Source of the DNA: Octopus sinensis
Lineage: Eukaryota
Assembly (NCBI RefSeq): GCF_006345805.1
Contig: NC_043021.1
Location: 16,306,001-16,370,000, forward strand
Direction of reading: 5' to 3'
Length of the DNA stretch: 64,000 nucleotides
The notes under the pieces were generated by a model, which made no database searches, had not been told where the DNA came from, and saw nothing but the letters and a program-made list of their open reading frames with translations. A program made the translations under genes and the position numbers. Position 1 is the first letter of the stretch, and each line of letters begins with the position of its first letter. Positions 1 through 40,100 of the stretch are shown here, piece by piece.

Positions 1-94
1 AGAAGAGCATCCTTGGAAGACAGTGAGCGTCAGCCCTGGAAATGTGGTATTGTGCATTGAGAATTTGTCCTCCAGGGCCACACTCTCTTTATTC

Positions 95-474
95 TTTTAC
101 TTGTTTCAGTCATTTGACTGCGGCCATGCTGGAGCACCGCCTTTAGTCGAGCAAATCGACCCCGGGACTTATTCTTTGTAAGACCAGTACTTATTCTATC
201 AGTCTCTTTTGCCGAACCGCTAAGTGACGGGAACATAAACACACCAGCATCGGTTGTCAAGCAATGCTAGGGGGACAAACACACACGCACATAATATATA
301 TACATATATACGACGGGCTTCTTTCAGTTTCCGTCTACCAAATCCACTCACAGGGCTTTGGTCGGCCCGAGGCTATAGCAGAAGACACTTGCCCAAGGTG
401 CCACGCAGTGGGACTGAACCCGGAACCATGTGGTTGGTAAGCAAGCTACTTACCACACAGCCACTCCTGCGCCT
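95..474 (-). mobile_element. tRNA-derived SINE family A (CORE-like; resembles octopus OR-type SINEs)
   Basis: Head ggcgcaggagtggctgtgtggtaag...ggttcagtccc; CCTTGGGCAAGT core; (agtaaa)n tail. Further copies about 2343-2746(-), 20813-21180(+), 27800-28185(-), 30550-30910(+), 37830-38210(-), 42640-43000(-), 47450-47850(+), 58010-58450(+), 58555-58930(+), 60080-60470(+). Family name is inference. Confidence 0.8.
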
Positions 475-526
475 ATATCAACTGTCAATCAAGAAATGTT
501 AATTTATGTCCTAAACACCAGCGTAA

Positions 527-742
527 CCCTTTAGCATTCAGATTATTGTGTCAAATGTAATGCTTATTTATTCACATCATTTTAAATTCATCATACATGA
601 TTTCGTAGGGTCAAGATTTCAATGATATGGTTCTTATTAGAATGACATTGTAGGTTAGATAAAAGGGGCCATGTCTACTTGGTTTAAACATGAAACAGGT
701 GCAATATATGGGCATGGTAAAGCCAGTTTAAATGCTAAAGGG
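527..742. mobile_element. piggyBac-type MITE
   Basis: TIR CCCTTTAGCATT/AATGCTAAAGGG, TTAA on the right flank; other copies near 20313, 20660, 39020. Confidence 0.7.
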
Positions 743-809
743 TTAACCTCTTAACATACACATTTTTTTTCAATTTCCATGTAAAAATATCATATTTTTT
801 TATTATTTA

Positions 810-1202
810 CTAGCAGTATCGCCCGGCGTTGCTCGGGTTTGTAAGGGAAATAACTATATAAGCATTTTTAGAGATGTAAAGTATAATAGCCATCTCAATA
901 TGGCTAATCACAAAGGGGGGTCTTACTGTAGCTTTTTACGTTCTGAGATTTAATAATAAATTTTTAGAGAGTTACTTCCCTTATATATGCCAAAAATGCA
1001 TTAAAAATGGGAAAAATTGATGGTAAATTTTTTTAAAATCGTAGACTCATCGTAGACGCGTGCTAATACCCAGAAGGGCTTGATATGAATCACAACTATA
1101 AGATACCCGGTTTTGGTTAAACTGCACTGCAAAATGTGGGAGTAGTTAGGAATCTAAATCGTAGGAGACAGACAGTACACAACCTCACTTTTATATATAA
1201 AG
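810..1202 (-). mobile_element. Non-autonomous Helitron
   Basis: 3' hairpin cccgagcaacgccggg plus CTAG terminus; homologous to 42058-42570. Confidence 0.75.
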
Positions 1203-1409
1203 CTTTTGAATCTGTATACAGTAATCCCTTGGCTATCATTGGTGTTAAATTCTAAAACCCCATGCGATAGGTGAAAATCCGCGAAGTAGAAACAATATTG
1301 TATTTTTTTTTTATTATTATTTTTATAATTTGTATAGATTTATTTTATTATAAATGCAAAACAACACCACGGCAGAATCGATGAAAGCTTAAATGATAAA
1401 CCACGATAC

Positions 1410-1960
1410 AGCGAACCCCTATCTTGCTCAGAACATTGACCTCCTGGAATCTGTTCAGAGACGTGCAACCAAACGCATACCCTCCATCAGACACCTACCA
1501 TACTCTGAGCGCCTTGCTTCCCTGGGCATGGATTCACTGAAGCTCCGGCGTCTGGCGATGGACTTGGTAAACACCCACAAAGTTATCAACCACCTCACCA
1601 ACAACAACACTGAACACCTTTTTGATCTCCATGTGTCCAACACACATGGACATGCCTACAAAGTCAGAAAACAACACAGCTCCCATGACTTTCGGAAACA
1701 TTTTTTCACGCTCAGAGTTGCTGAAGCATGGAACAAACTGCCTGCGTCAGTTGTTGACTGCCATGACACTGCATCCTATAAGGCCCTCATGCTTTCCGAA
1801 ATCCGCCAAAACTACACCTGATTGTCCCCCTTCTATACTCATACACATATGTGTATGTCATGACTCTTTTACTGTTCTTTTCCTGACGCTTGTACATTAC
1901 CCTATGTACTATACATACACTTTAGATGAGTTGTAGTGCACCTGAGCACTGTACACAATG

Positions 1961-2013
<53 letters not shown>
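1410..2013 (+). mobile_element. CR1-clade LINE 3' fragment with (TTA)n tail
   Basis: ORF 1393..1821: LESVQRRATK...YSERL...RKHFFTLRVAEAWNKLP, the typical CR1 ORF2 C-terminus. Confidence 0.88.
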
Positions 2014-2015
<2 letters not shown>

Positions 2016-2846
2016 AGGAAAATTAAGTACCTAAATTATTTTGGATCAGTTATGATTTGTTATGAAATTAATGATAGAAAGCAGGAATAACATCGTGAAC
2101 CATGTGTTTCAGGTTAGAAATAAGTGACAGATACTCAGAGTACAGGGAACATGTATTTTCATTCAAATATATATTTACTAGACATTGCTGAACGAAAATA
2201 TACAGGATAATATATTAATAGGTTAATAGTACCCAGGTTATTTTACTAAATTCCTCATTATTTTCAAAATTAATTGAAGAAAAGGCAGTATATTTCAGCG
2301 GAAATATGATAACAAAAGGATAAATAAATAATAATAACATACTCTTTACTCTCTCTTTTACTCTTTTACTTGTTTCAGTCATTTGACTGCGGCCATGCTG
2401 CAGCACCGCCTTTAGTCGAGCAAATCGACCCCGGGACTTATTCTTTGTAAGCCCAGTACTTATTCTATCAGTCTCTTTTGCCGAACCGCTAAGTGACGGG
2501 GACGTAAACACACCAGCATCGGTTGTCAAGCAATGCCAGAGGGACAAACACAGACACACAAACACGCACATACATATATATATACAACAGGATTCTTTCA
2601 GTTTCCGTCTACCAAATCCACTCACAAGGCATTGGTCCGCTTGGGGCTATAGCAGAAGACACTTGCCCAAGATGCTACACAATGGGACTGAACCCGGAAC
2701 CATGTGGTTGGTTAGCAAGCTACTTACCACACAGCCACTCCTGCGCCTTTTTTTTCAATTTGAGAGATTTGTCTGTTATTTCTAGCAAGTCTAGAGTCTG
2801 CTTCCAAAATGACCCAAAATAAATGTTGTCGTTGTTGTTGTTGTAG

Positions 2847-29450
<26,604 letters not shown>

Positions 29451-29734
29451 TTATAAAATAATATTCTGCTTAAAGAAAAAGGAAAGGCTGTTGTTTTTAA
29501 TTTATTTGTTGGTTCATTAATATATATACATATATATATATATTTTTCATATGTTTATTTATATTAAATGTGTAAATGTCCCTGATGAGTTGTTGTTGTT
29601 AATAAGATGATAATTTTATTGTGGCAGAATTGTTGGAATGTTGGACAAAATACACTCTGGTACTTTGGTTGTGTGGTAATGAGTTTGTTTTCAGATGAAC
29701 ATCAATGGAATTTGTATCTTTGTGGTACCAGTGC

Positions 29735-30170
29735 CGGTGGCACACAAGAAAACCATCCGAACATGGCCGTAGCCAGTACGGCATCGACTGGCCTCCGTGC
29801 TGTGGGCACGTAACAAACACCATCCGATCGTGGCCGTTCGCCAGCCTCATCTGGCACCTGTGTCGGTGGCACATAAAAACACCATCCGAGCGTGGCCGTC
29901 TGCCAGCCTCGTCTGGCACCTGTGTTGGTGGCACATAAAAAACACCATCCGAGCGTGGCCATTCGCCAGCCTCGTCTGGCACCTGTGTCGGTGGCACATA
30001 AAATCACCCACTACACTCTCGGAGTGGTTGGCGTTAGGAAGGGCATCCAGCTGTAGAAACACTGCCAGATCTGACTGGCCTGGTGCAGCCTTTGGGCTCC
30101 CCAGACCCCAGTTGAACCATTCAACCCATGCTAGCATGGAAAGCGGACGTTAAATGATGATGATGATGAT
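29735..30170 (+). mobile_element. RTE 3' UTR with 4 tandem units plus tail, just downstream of the NVL stop
   Basis: Same unit subtype as the 16185 array. Confidence 0.8.
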
Positions 30171-32332
30171 GGTTCTGGGTTCAGTACCACTGCATGGCAC
30201 CTTGGGCAGGTGTCTGCATCAAAAAATAGTTGCAGATCTGCTAGTCATTGGAAAGTGAAGGAAATTGGAATACGATACACAATACCACATTTCCAGGGAT
30301 GCAAGTTGGCAGAAACGTTAGCATGCCAGCCGAAATGCTTGGCGGTATTTCGTCTGCCGTTATATTCTGAGTTCAATTTCCGCTGAGGTTGACTTTGCCT
30401 TTCATCCTTTTGGGGTCGATTAAATAACTACCAGTTACACACTGGGGTTGATATAATCGACTTAATCCTTTTGTCTGTCCTTGTTTGTCTCCTCTGTGTT
30501 TAGCCCCCTGTGGGCAATAAAAGAAAATAAATACCACATTTCCAGGTATGCAGGAGTGGCTGAGTGGGTTCAGTCCCACTGCGTGGCACCTTGGGCAAGT
30601 GTCTTCTACTATAGCCTTGGGCCGACCAAAGCCTTGTGAGTGGATTTGGTAGATGGAAACTGAAAGAAGCCCATCGTAGATATGTATATATATATATATA
30701 TGTATGTGCGTGTGTGTGTTTGTCCCCTAGCATTTGCTCGACAACCGATGCTGGTGTGTTTATGTCCCCGTTACTTAGCGGTTCGGCAAAAGAGACCGAT
30801 AGAATAAGTACTGGGCTTGCAAAAGAATAAGTCCCGGGGTCGAGTTGCTCGATTAAAGGCGGTGCTCCAGCATGGCTGCAGTCAAATGACTGAAACAAGT
30901 AAAAGAGTAAAGAGTATGCAAGCTGGCAGAATCGTTAGCATGCCTCCCGAAATGCTTAGCGATATTTCGTCTGCCGTCATGTTCTGAGTTCAATTTCTGC
31001 CGAGGTTGACTTTGCCTTTCATCCTTTATATATTTCATGCACCATTTTATAGACTTAATACACAACACTTTCCCTCTTCACCTTACCCTCTTTTTCTCTC
31101 TCTCTTTGCCTTTCCTTTCATCTAATCATATGAAAGTGAGACAGATGGGCTAAGTAATGGAGTGATAAGTAGAATTAATATGCGTGTGTGTATATAACCT
31201 CTGTAGTAGATATATAGACAGGGCAAAGGTGGCGAGTTGGCAGAAACGTTAGCGCGCCGGGCGAAATGCTTAGCGGTATTTCGTCCGTCATTAGGTTCTG
31301 AGTTCAAATTCCATCAAGGTCGACTTTGCCTTTCATCCTCTTGGGGTCGATAAATAAAGTACTTATTTCTTTACTACCCACAAGGGGCTAAACACAGAGG
31401 GGACAAACAAGGACAGACAAATGGATTAAGTCGATTATATCGACCCCGAAAGGATGAAAGGCAAAGTCGACCTAATAAAGTACCAGTTTCGCACTGGGGT
31501 CAATGTAATTGACTTAATCCCTTTGTCTGTCCTTGTTTGCCCCTCTATGTATAGCCCCTTGTGGGCAGTAAAGAAATATATATAGACAGGGCAAATTTAA
31601 TTATTTCTGCATAGAATAGAAAAAAGAATTGATAAGCAACTTTAATCGATGTTTGACCCTTATTGTGTTCTCACCAGAGGTGTTTACATCATTTTGACCA
31701 GTCCCAGAGAAATAAGCAGTCAAGCTGTTTATATACTCAACAAAACCAGTAACTTCACAAAACTGGAACAACTAATTTACATATCATGAGTGTTTCACAC
31801 TTTGTTCTATGTCAGGGGCCTGTCAACAGGGATTTCAATCCAGACTTTAAGAAGGTGTGATATATGTAACCTATATATAGGATAAGGATAAGCACCCCCT
31901 TCGGTCATGAATGACCATGGGATTGCACCTAGAAAGTTCCCCTCCAAGGCACAAGTCAGGGCAAGGTTGTTTATGGAAGACCAGCAGTTGCCCATGCATA
32001 CCAGCCTCTCCTGTCCACGTCACTGATATTATCCAAGGGAAAGGCAAAGACCAGTACAGCTTGGCACCAATAACATTGCAACTCATTTCTACAGCTGAGT
32101 GAACTGGAGCAATGTGAAATAAAGTGTCTTGCTCAAGAACACAACCTACATCCTGGTCTGAGAATTTAACTCACTACCTCATGCTTGCGAGCACAATGCT
32201 CTAACCACTGAACCATGCACCTTCAACTTATACATATATATAGGGAGAGTTTATGAAAAAAACAAAAGACGAAGACAGGTGGTGTACAAAACAAACAGAT
32301 GTATTAGTATAACACTCAGGAATAGAAAAAGT

Positions 32333-32368
32333 CTTTTACGTTTCGAGCCTATGCTCTTCTACAGAAAG
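32333..32368 (-). ncRNA. Non-canonical minimal hammerhead-like motif (A6U core)
   Basis: CTTT-CTGTAGA-A-GAGC(atag)GCTC-GAAA-CGTA^AAAG. Confidence 0.45.
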
Positions 32369-32565
32369 GGACACAGAAAAAACAAAGAGAGAAAAAAATG
32401 TGTGTAGTGGCTAACGATCTATCATGGCGACTGATATATATGTGTATGTGAATTTGGATAGATATGTTATTTGGGTAGATACTGTATTGGCTCTCAGTTA
32501 AGTTCTAATTAATGGCTAACCACTTCAATCAGTATGTAGCTTCTATGACTTACTATTTGCTGCTG

Positions 32566-32935
32566 TGGAGGCGCAATGGCCCAGGGGTTAGGGCAGCGGA
32601 CTCGCGGTTTCGATTCCCAGACCAGGCGTTGTGAGTGTTTATTGAGCGAAAACACCTAAAGCTCCACGAGGCTCCAGCAGGGATGGTGGTGATCCCTGCT
32701 GTACTCTTTCACCACAACTTTCTCTCACTCTTACTTCCTGTTTCTGTTGTACCTGTATTTCAAAGGGCCGGCCTTGTCACTCTCTGTGTCACGCTGAATA
32801 TCCCCGAGAACTACGTTAAGGGTACACGTGTCTGTGGAGTGCTCAGCCACTTACACGTTAATTTCACGAGCAGGCTGTTCCATTGATTTGGATCAACCGG
32901 AACCCTCGTCGTCGTAACCGACGCAGTGCTTCCAC
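32566..32935 (+). mobile_element. tRNA-derived SINE family C
   Basis: ggaggcgcaatggcccag...tttcgattccc head; partial copies at 9470-9640(-), 39228-39520(+), 56560-56716(-). Confidence 0.72.
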
Positions 32936-33481
32936 ATTTGCTGCTAGTCACTCTGTGAATTCTTCTGATGGGTTATTCCATGTATGCTTCGCTTGATGGT
33001 AAAAGTTGTCTGGAGTGAGCCCAGGTGGAGGCACAATGGCTTAGTGGTTAGGGTGTTAGACTCATGATTGTAAACCTGTGGTCTTGAGCAAAACACTTTG
33101 TTTCATGTTGCTTCAGTCCACTCAGCTGAGTAATCTTGTGATGGACAGGTGCTCCATCCAGGGAGGAATATATATATATGCCAGAGAAACCAGGAAACTG
33201 ACCCTGTGCTCCTTACAGAGTAAAGTAAATTGCTTTGCTGGTAAGACCACTCTGTGCAAAAAAATACATCTAAACATAGTTATCAACACATTCTCTTCTG
33301 TTATTCATTAATTTATTCAAAATCTGTGATTGGTTTCTAACAAATTCTTTTCATAATCACAATTTGTAACATTTTCATTGAAAATCATTTTCGGATTTGT
33401 AATTGTAAAAATTTAGAATTCTTCCTTTATTTCTGTGAACAATTCTTGTAGCCATGTTTTTAGCGCTCTACCTCAGAGTAT

Positions 33482-33606
33482 TTATAATAAGGATTTTCTA
33501 GAAAACCGATCCAATCGGAAATGGCTCATGTCATATGAAGGTCTTTTGTTCATGACCATATCTCCAAGAATTTTCCCTGTCACTGGTGCCAGCTTGAAAC
33601 CATGTC
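33482..33606 (-). CDS. PIPOX: PIPOX-A exon 8 ([15 protein letters not shown]...RKSLL*)
   Basis: GHGFK motif and TAA stop. Confidence 0.95.
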
Positions 33607-33672
33607 CTGCAAATTTAGAGAAAAGGAAAGTAAACCTTCCTTGAATGTGCATGTTGTTTGTGTGTGTGTATA

Positions 33673-33706
<34 letters not shown>

Positions 33707-34078
33707 ATGCAAATAAGAAAATGGAGGAACAGATTCATTTCAATCATCAACTTACAGATAATACCAATTCATATTATTTATTAACTACTTAAATAGGAAC
33801 ATCCAAATCCAACAGAATAACACAATATACATCAATAAGTAAGATAATACCATAAAAATAATACATATAAAATGGATCTTACAGCTGTTTCAGCCTATAG
33901 ATAAAGGTATCTTATTGTGCCTATATTAGTTGTATGTATTGAGGTAATATGCACTTAAAAATGAGTTACTTATATATATATATATATATATATCTCAAGG
34001 CCTCGTCAGAGATTATAAAGTACAATTATAAAAATATAAAAGGCAAATATAAATATGAAACAAAATACACATACACAA

Positions 34079-34112
<34 letters not shown>

Positions 34113-37100
34113 GGGGGGGGGTGAAAAGTTTCTGGCTTTGGGTAAAAAGAAATACAGGAAGATCAGTTAATTACAATTTTATTCAACATATTTTCCTCTC
34201 AGATTCACACATTGCAGTGATCCTTCAGTTTTTCTTAGCTCTGTAAAAGAACTCAGAAGGTTGGGCCTTTTGCAACAGCCTTAAAGCCACGAACTTTTCA
34301 GCACTTCCTTGTGTGTGTATGTATATATATATATAACGGGAAGCTTTATGAAAATAGACAAAAGACGAAGGCAGGTGGAAAACAAACGAACAATTGTATT
34401 AGTATGGCGCTCAGGAAATATAAATAAAACAAGTCTTTAACGTTTCGAGCCTACGCTCTTCAACAGAAAGATACACAGAGAGAAAAAAAACACACAGAAG
34501 GAGAGAAAAAAAATGTGTGCAGTAGCTAACGAATCAACATGGCGATCTGATTTCGGCCAGAGGTCAAAGATCAAACATGAGACGCGAGAGCGAAATAAGG
34601 GGAGATAATAGGGTTGATAATATGGTTGAAGGACCAGCTAATAGTGCGTAGGAGGGGTCTGGACGTGTGTATGTATAGGGTTGGTGTATGTATTAGTATG
34701 TATAAGGGTGTGTGTGTGTGTGTATGAGAGAGTATTAGTGCGTAGGATTGGTGTGGACGTGCGTATGTATGTATTAGTATGTATAAGTGTGTGTGTGTGT
34801 GTGTGTGTGTATGAGAGAGTATAAGTGCGTATGAGGGGTCTGGACGTGTGTATGTATAGGGTTGGTGTATGTATTAGTACGTATTAGTATGTATTAGTTG
34901 GTGTATGTTAGTATGGCACATCATATATGATGTGATGTGTGAAGTCGTGTGGTGTAGTGAGGAGAGAGGGGGGAGTGAGGGAGCAGAGGGAAGGGGAAGA
35001 GGGAGGGAGAAAGAGGGAAGAAGGGAAGGGGAGTAGGGGTGAAAGGATGAAAGACTGAAGAAGTAGGGGTCGGGGGGAAAGGATAGGTGAGGGGGGAGGG
35101 GGGAGAGTTGAGACCAAATGGCATATAAGAGCGAAGAGAGAAATATATATACACATATATATATACACACACATATATATGTATATGATGGGCTTCTTTC
35201 AGTTTCTGTCTACCAAATCCATTCTCAAGGCTTTGATGGTCTGGGTCTATAGTCGAAGGCACTTGCCCAGACTGTCACACTGTAGGACTGAGCCTAAAAC
35301 CATATGATTGGGAAGTAAGCTTTACAACCGCACACAATCATGTTGGCACCTATATGTATAAATTTTGATTTAATTTAAGCTTCTGACTCAACCACTCGTC
35401 ATGGCTACTGTTATGGTTTGTGTCTTTATATCTTGGGAAAGCAATGCAAATAGATATGAAAGCACTACACACACACACAGAGGCACATTCAATCACATAA
35501 ACTTTCAGTTATTAGCTCACACCCATGTAGACATACCCCTGTATCTCTAAACAAAACAACTAATTCATTTCCATTAGATCTCAAGAATAGGAACCAAATC
35601 TTCAGAGAATGTTTCCCATCATTTGAAAGGAAACTTAATCAGGTAAGAAGAGTTCCTGGATTGTCTACATATTACACTCACCGAGTAGTTGTCTCGGCCA
35701 GTAATAAACTCCTAATGGATCTTGAACAGAATTTCTGACTCTGAGATTTCAGTTGTTTGATGAATTTAACAACCAGTATCGTTGATTACCATACAAGTGG
35801 CTGAGTACTCCACAGACACATGCCCTTAACCCTTGTGATACCAACCCGGTTGAAACTGGCTCTGTATTACAAATGTCTTGTTTTCAAATGTTCTGAATTA
35901 AGGTCTTCCACCAGACCTTAGTCACAATTTATGTTCCTATCACTAACTTAATGATAACTAAGTTATTTTACTAAATCCTTTGTTATATTTAAAATTAATT
36001 GAAAGAAACACAAAGCATCTCAAAAAAAATATGGTAACGAAAGGGTTAATGTAATTCTGAGGCTGAATTTGTATGATGCTGTGTGACAAGGCTGGATTCT
36101 TCAATTACAGGTAGAATCCACCCAGTTTCCTTTCACAAAGTATAAGTTGACCAAAGGCTGTAGAGAACAACATTTCTCAAAATGTCACACAGTAGGATTG
36201 AAACTGGAGCCTCATGAATGCAGAGCAAGCTTGTTAACATTTGACCACTCCATGCCTACAATAATAATTTGTAAAACTGCCGTTATTTATCTTGAAAATA
36301 TATAGCTGGTAATGACCAATTAACATTTGAAGGATCAGTATTTACAAGATCCATATAATTTTTATGATCTGCTGTAAGAAATTATAGAACTATCAAACCC
36401 ACATCCAAAAGGAAAATATTTGATTATAAGAAAGTTTACCTGAAAATCCAGCACCCAAAATAAGGTTAGGGAACTTTGGATGCCTGTCCAAAACAAATTG
36501 TTCATCTGGGGTCATCTAGAAATAAGAAAATGTCAAATTTGATATGTGCAAGACAAAGATCTTTTGAGAGGGGAGGGGGCATTGGAGGAGGTGATCTTGT
36601 GTCAGGTGATGAAAGGTTAGACAGAGAGAGAGAAACAGGTGTCTTGCTGTAGAGGAGGTACAGTGTTACCTGGCCGGAGAGAGATCAGGAATCAAAGGTA
36701 AAATCGGACCCCCACCAAACAAAAACCGAAAGTTTTAATTACCGTGTAAATACATGTTTCTATAATACTTGGAAGTGGTTCCAATCCCGGAAATATGTCT
36801 TTGACAAGCTGCTTAGATTTTTCAATTGTATACCTGGAGTCAACCTGATCTCGTTGGTCTGGGTGGATTTCAGGACCATGGTGCAAAAACAACTGCAGAA
36901 ATATATTATCAATGTGTGTATACATATATTATAATATTTATCAACATATACTATCAACAGATATACATGCAAATATATGTGTATATATGAATGTATGTAT
37001 GTATATATATGACACTATCAACAGATATATGTACATATACATGAGTATATGTGTGTGTGTGTATATATATATATATGATATTGTTTTTTTGTCTCAAAGC

Positions 37101-40100
37101 CGTAGGGCGCCTGTGTCTTCCATGTTTTTAACCGTTACTGTCTCCAAAAAAGATTTTTCGTTTCATGTTCGTCTCTGTTGCGTTGCATTCTTTCCTTCTG
37201 TGGCTGGCTGATTCAGAGCGGATCTCAGAATTAAACAGCCGAAATCTGCGATGAGGGATCAGTTTCTGACTGAAGAATGAAGGCTTTGGATGACCCGTTT
37301 GTCTTTTTGTTCGTCCCTTCGTGTATTTCACGTTATTTATTTATGTAAAGGTTTATTATATATATATATACACTCATACACACACACACACGTGTTGAAA
37401 GAAAATGTAGTATAGAGGAATGACAAAGAAATTGACAAGAAAAATGAGAAAGTACAATACAATCAAATGCAAACAAGTTCAACCCTTCATCAGTTGTCAA
37501 CCAAATATCATCATAATTTCAACACCTTTTGATAATATTCAGTTTGTCGGTGTCAGCAATACGGGAGCTGCTGTGATATAGGCAAATAGCAGAATGAATA
37601 ACAGATTAATGCAGTTTGAACTTTACTCCTTTTGACTTTAACCCATTGCCTGCCATGAGCCTCATCTGGGGATCTGCTATAAACAGTCTCACTGCCAGTT
37701 GTTTGTTGTATTTAAAGTGAATTGCTTATGTACATTGCATTTACAGAGGTATGTTTACCAATATTTAGTAGCTAATGTTTGTCTGGCTAATTCTAGAGGA
37801 CATCTTATGTCATAAATTGGAATTTTTGAAGTACTTGTTTCAGTCATTTGACTGTGGCCATGCTGGAGCACCGCCTTTAGTCAAGCAAATCAACCCCAGG
37901 ACTTATTCTTTGTAAGCCTAGTACTTATTCTATCGGCCTCTTTTGCCGAACCGCTAAGTTACAGGGACATAAACACACCAGCATCGGTTGTGAAGCGATG
38001 TTGGGGGGGGGGACAAACACAGACACACAAGCATATACACACATACATATATATATATATATACATATATGTGATGGGCTTCTTTCAGTTTCCGTCTACC
38101 AAATCCACTCACAAGGCTTTGGTCGGCCCAAGGCTATAGTAGAAGACACTTGCCCAAGGTGCCATGCAGTGGGACTGAACCCGGAACCATGTGGTTGGGA
38201 AGCAAGCTGGTTTTTTTTTTTTTTAGCATTTCCCATCTATATCATTCATTGATATTTCATACACATTTGCATTTGATACTATAGTTTCAAAAAAACTAAA
38301 ATGTTTATTATTGCAATTGAATAGAAAAGGATAAATATGCATTTTTTCAGCGATCCCCATTTGGGACTGTTCGAAAAATTTATCATAATTTCCAAAATAA
38401 TTCAAATATGAAGAAAGTTTAAATACTATCCTCTGTGTGAAAAGTCTGGCTGCATACACGTTAGCATATGTCAGGTGCATACAATTGACAACACAGTTAG
38501 TTAAGATTTATTCAGTGAGTTCTATTCAACACATGTTTACATGTGGAATCATTATTAACTTTAGATGAAGGCATTTTCAAAGTTTTGGCCGATAAAGTTG
38601 AACTGAAAAACCCTACAACGAGGCATGAATTGCACGAAGCCGTCTTGCAGTCTTGGGAAGAGCTATCTGAGCGGAAAATTCGTGGATGTATTCAACATCA
38701 AACTCGTGTTCGGCGTCAAATAGCTGACTGTCGTGGTGGTAACAGATTCGTGTAATAAATTTTGTGTTTATTTTTGTTTCATAATATATATTTTTTTCGA
38801 ATGCAGCCAGACTTTTCACACAGGTGTCTTAACTCCTAAGACACTTGACAAAGCCCAAAAATTTGAATAAAAAGTTTGGCAGTTAATGGGTTAAGCTAAA
38901 CACATAATCTGCTAAGAAGTCGAAAATTTGAATTTATTATTATTAACCCTTAAATAGTTGGAAAGGGTTGCATTAATGTGTGTGCCAAAGAGGCAAAAGA
39001 CAAAAATAGCCCTATTTTCTTAACCCTTTAGCATTCAGATTACTCTGTTAAATGTAATGCTTATTTATTCCCATTGATTTGAATTAATCATGCATCATCT
39101 CAGAGCTTCGAGATATCAATGATAAGATTGTTTATTTTTTGACTGACATTGCAGGTTAAGTGTAAGAAGCTGGATCTGACCAGATTGAATGTAGAATAGA
39201 ATATTTAGGCCGGATATGATCAGATTAAAGTGGAGGCACATGGCCTAGTGGTTAGAGCAGCGGTTGAGGGATCGCAGGTTCGAATCTCAGACCGGTTGAT
39301 GTTTGTGTTTATGAGCGAAACACCTAAGCACCATGCGGCTCCGGCAGGAGGTAGTGGCGAACTTCTGCTGACTCTTTCGCCACAACTTTCTCTCACTCTT
39401 TCCTCCTGTATCTTGCAGCTCACCTGCGATGGACTGGCGTCCCGTCCAGGTGGGGAACCTATACACCAAGGAAACTGGCCCTTATAAGCCAGGTATGGCT
39501 CGAGAAGGAACAAACAATGATCAGATTAAATGCTAAATGATTAAGGATGACACTTTTATTGTGGGTGGCACTTTCAGGTCTGTTGTATAAGCCTTGGGGT
39601 TCCAGAGTTGGAAGGTGGGCAGCAAACTCAAGGGTTGTGTTGCTGTCTGCAAATCATGGTAAGTCATTCAACTGACCATCTGCATGCTATAGGTTTGTTC
39701 ATTCAGAGTTGGTTGACCTGGGGTTGTACAACATGATAAGCAAAAGAGGAGTTGCAACTGTGGAGGGTAGAAAGATAAGGAGGAAATATTCAGGAAGTAT
39801 TTAATTTCCTCATTAATATGGACCATCGTCTCTTACCTTTAGCATTCCAGGATATTCTTCTGCTGGAAGTCCATAGAACTCATCAACACCATTCCCATAA
39901 TAAAATGCTGGGAAATTGTTCTTAAGTTCATATTTTCCTGGTACCTTGGATTTAAAATATGCAACACTGATCTTCATAGGCTGTGAAGAGAAAAGACAAT
40001 CCACTAAAAATACAAGGACTGATTATGTATGTATGTGTATATACACACACGTGTGTGTGTCTGTGTGGTTTTAGATTCAATACAGGGGTGTTCTAGGGTG

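Noticed and set aside
30-502. Recurrent ORFs MTTDAGVF.../[10 protein letters not shown]... seen many times in the ORF track
   Set aside because: Incidental frames in SINE family A copies, not genes
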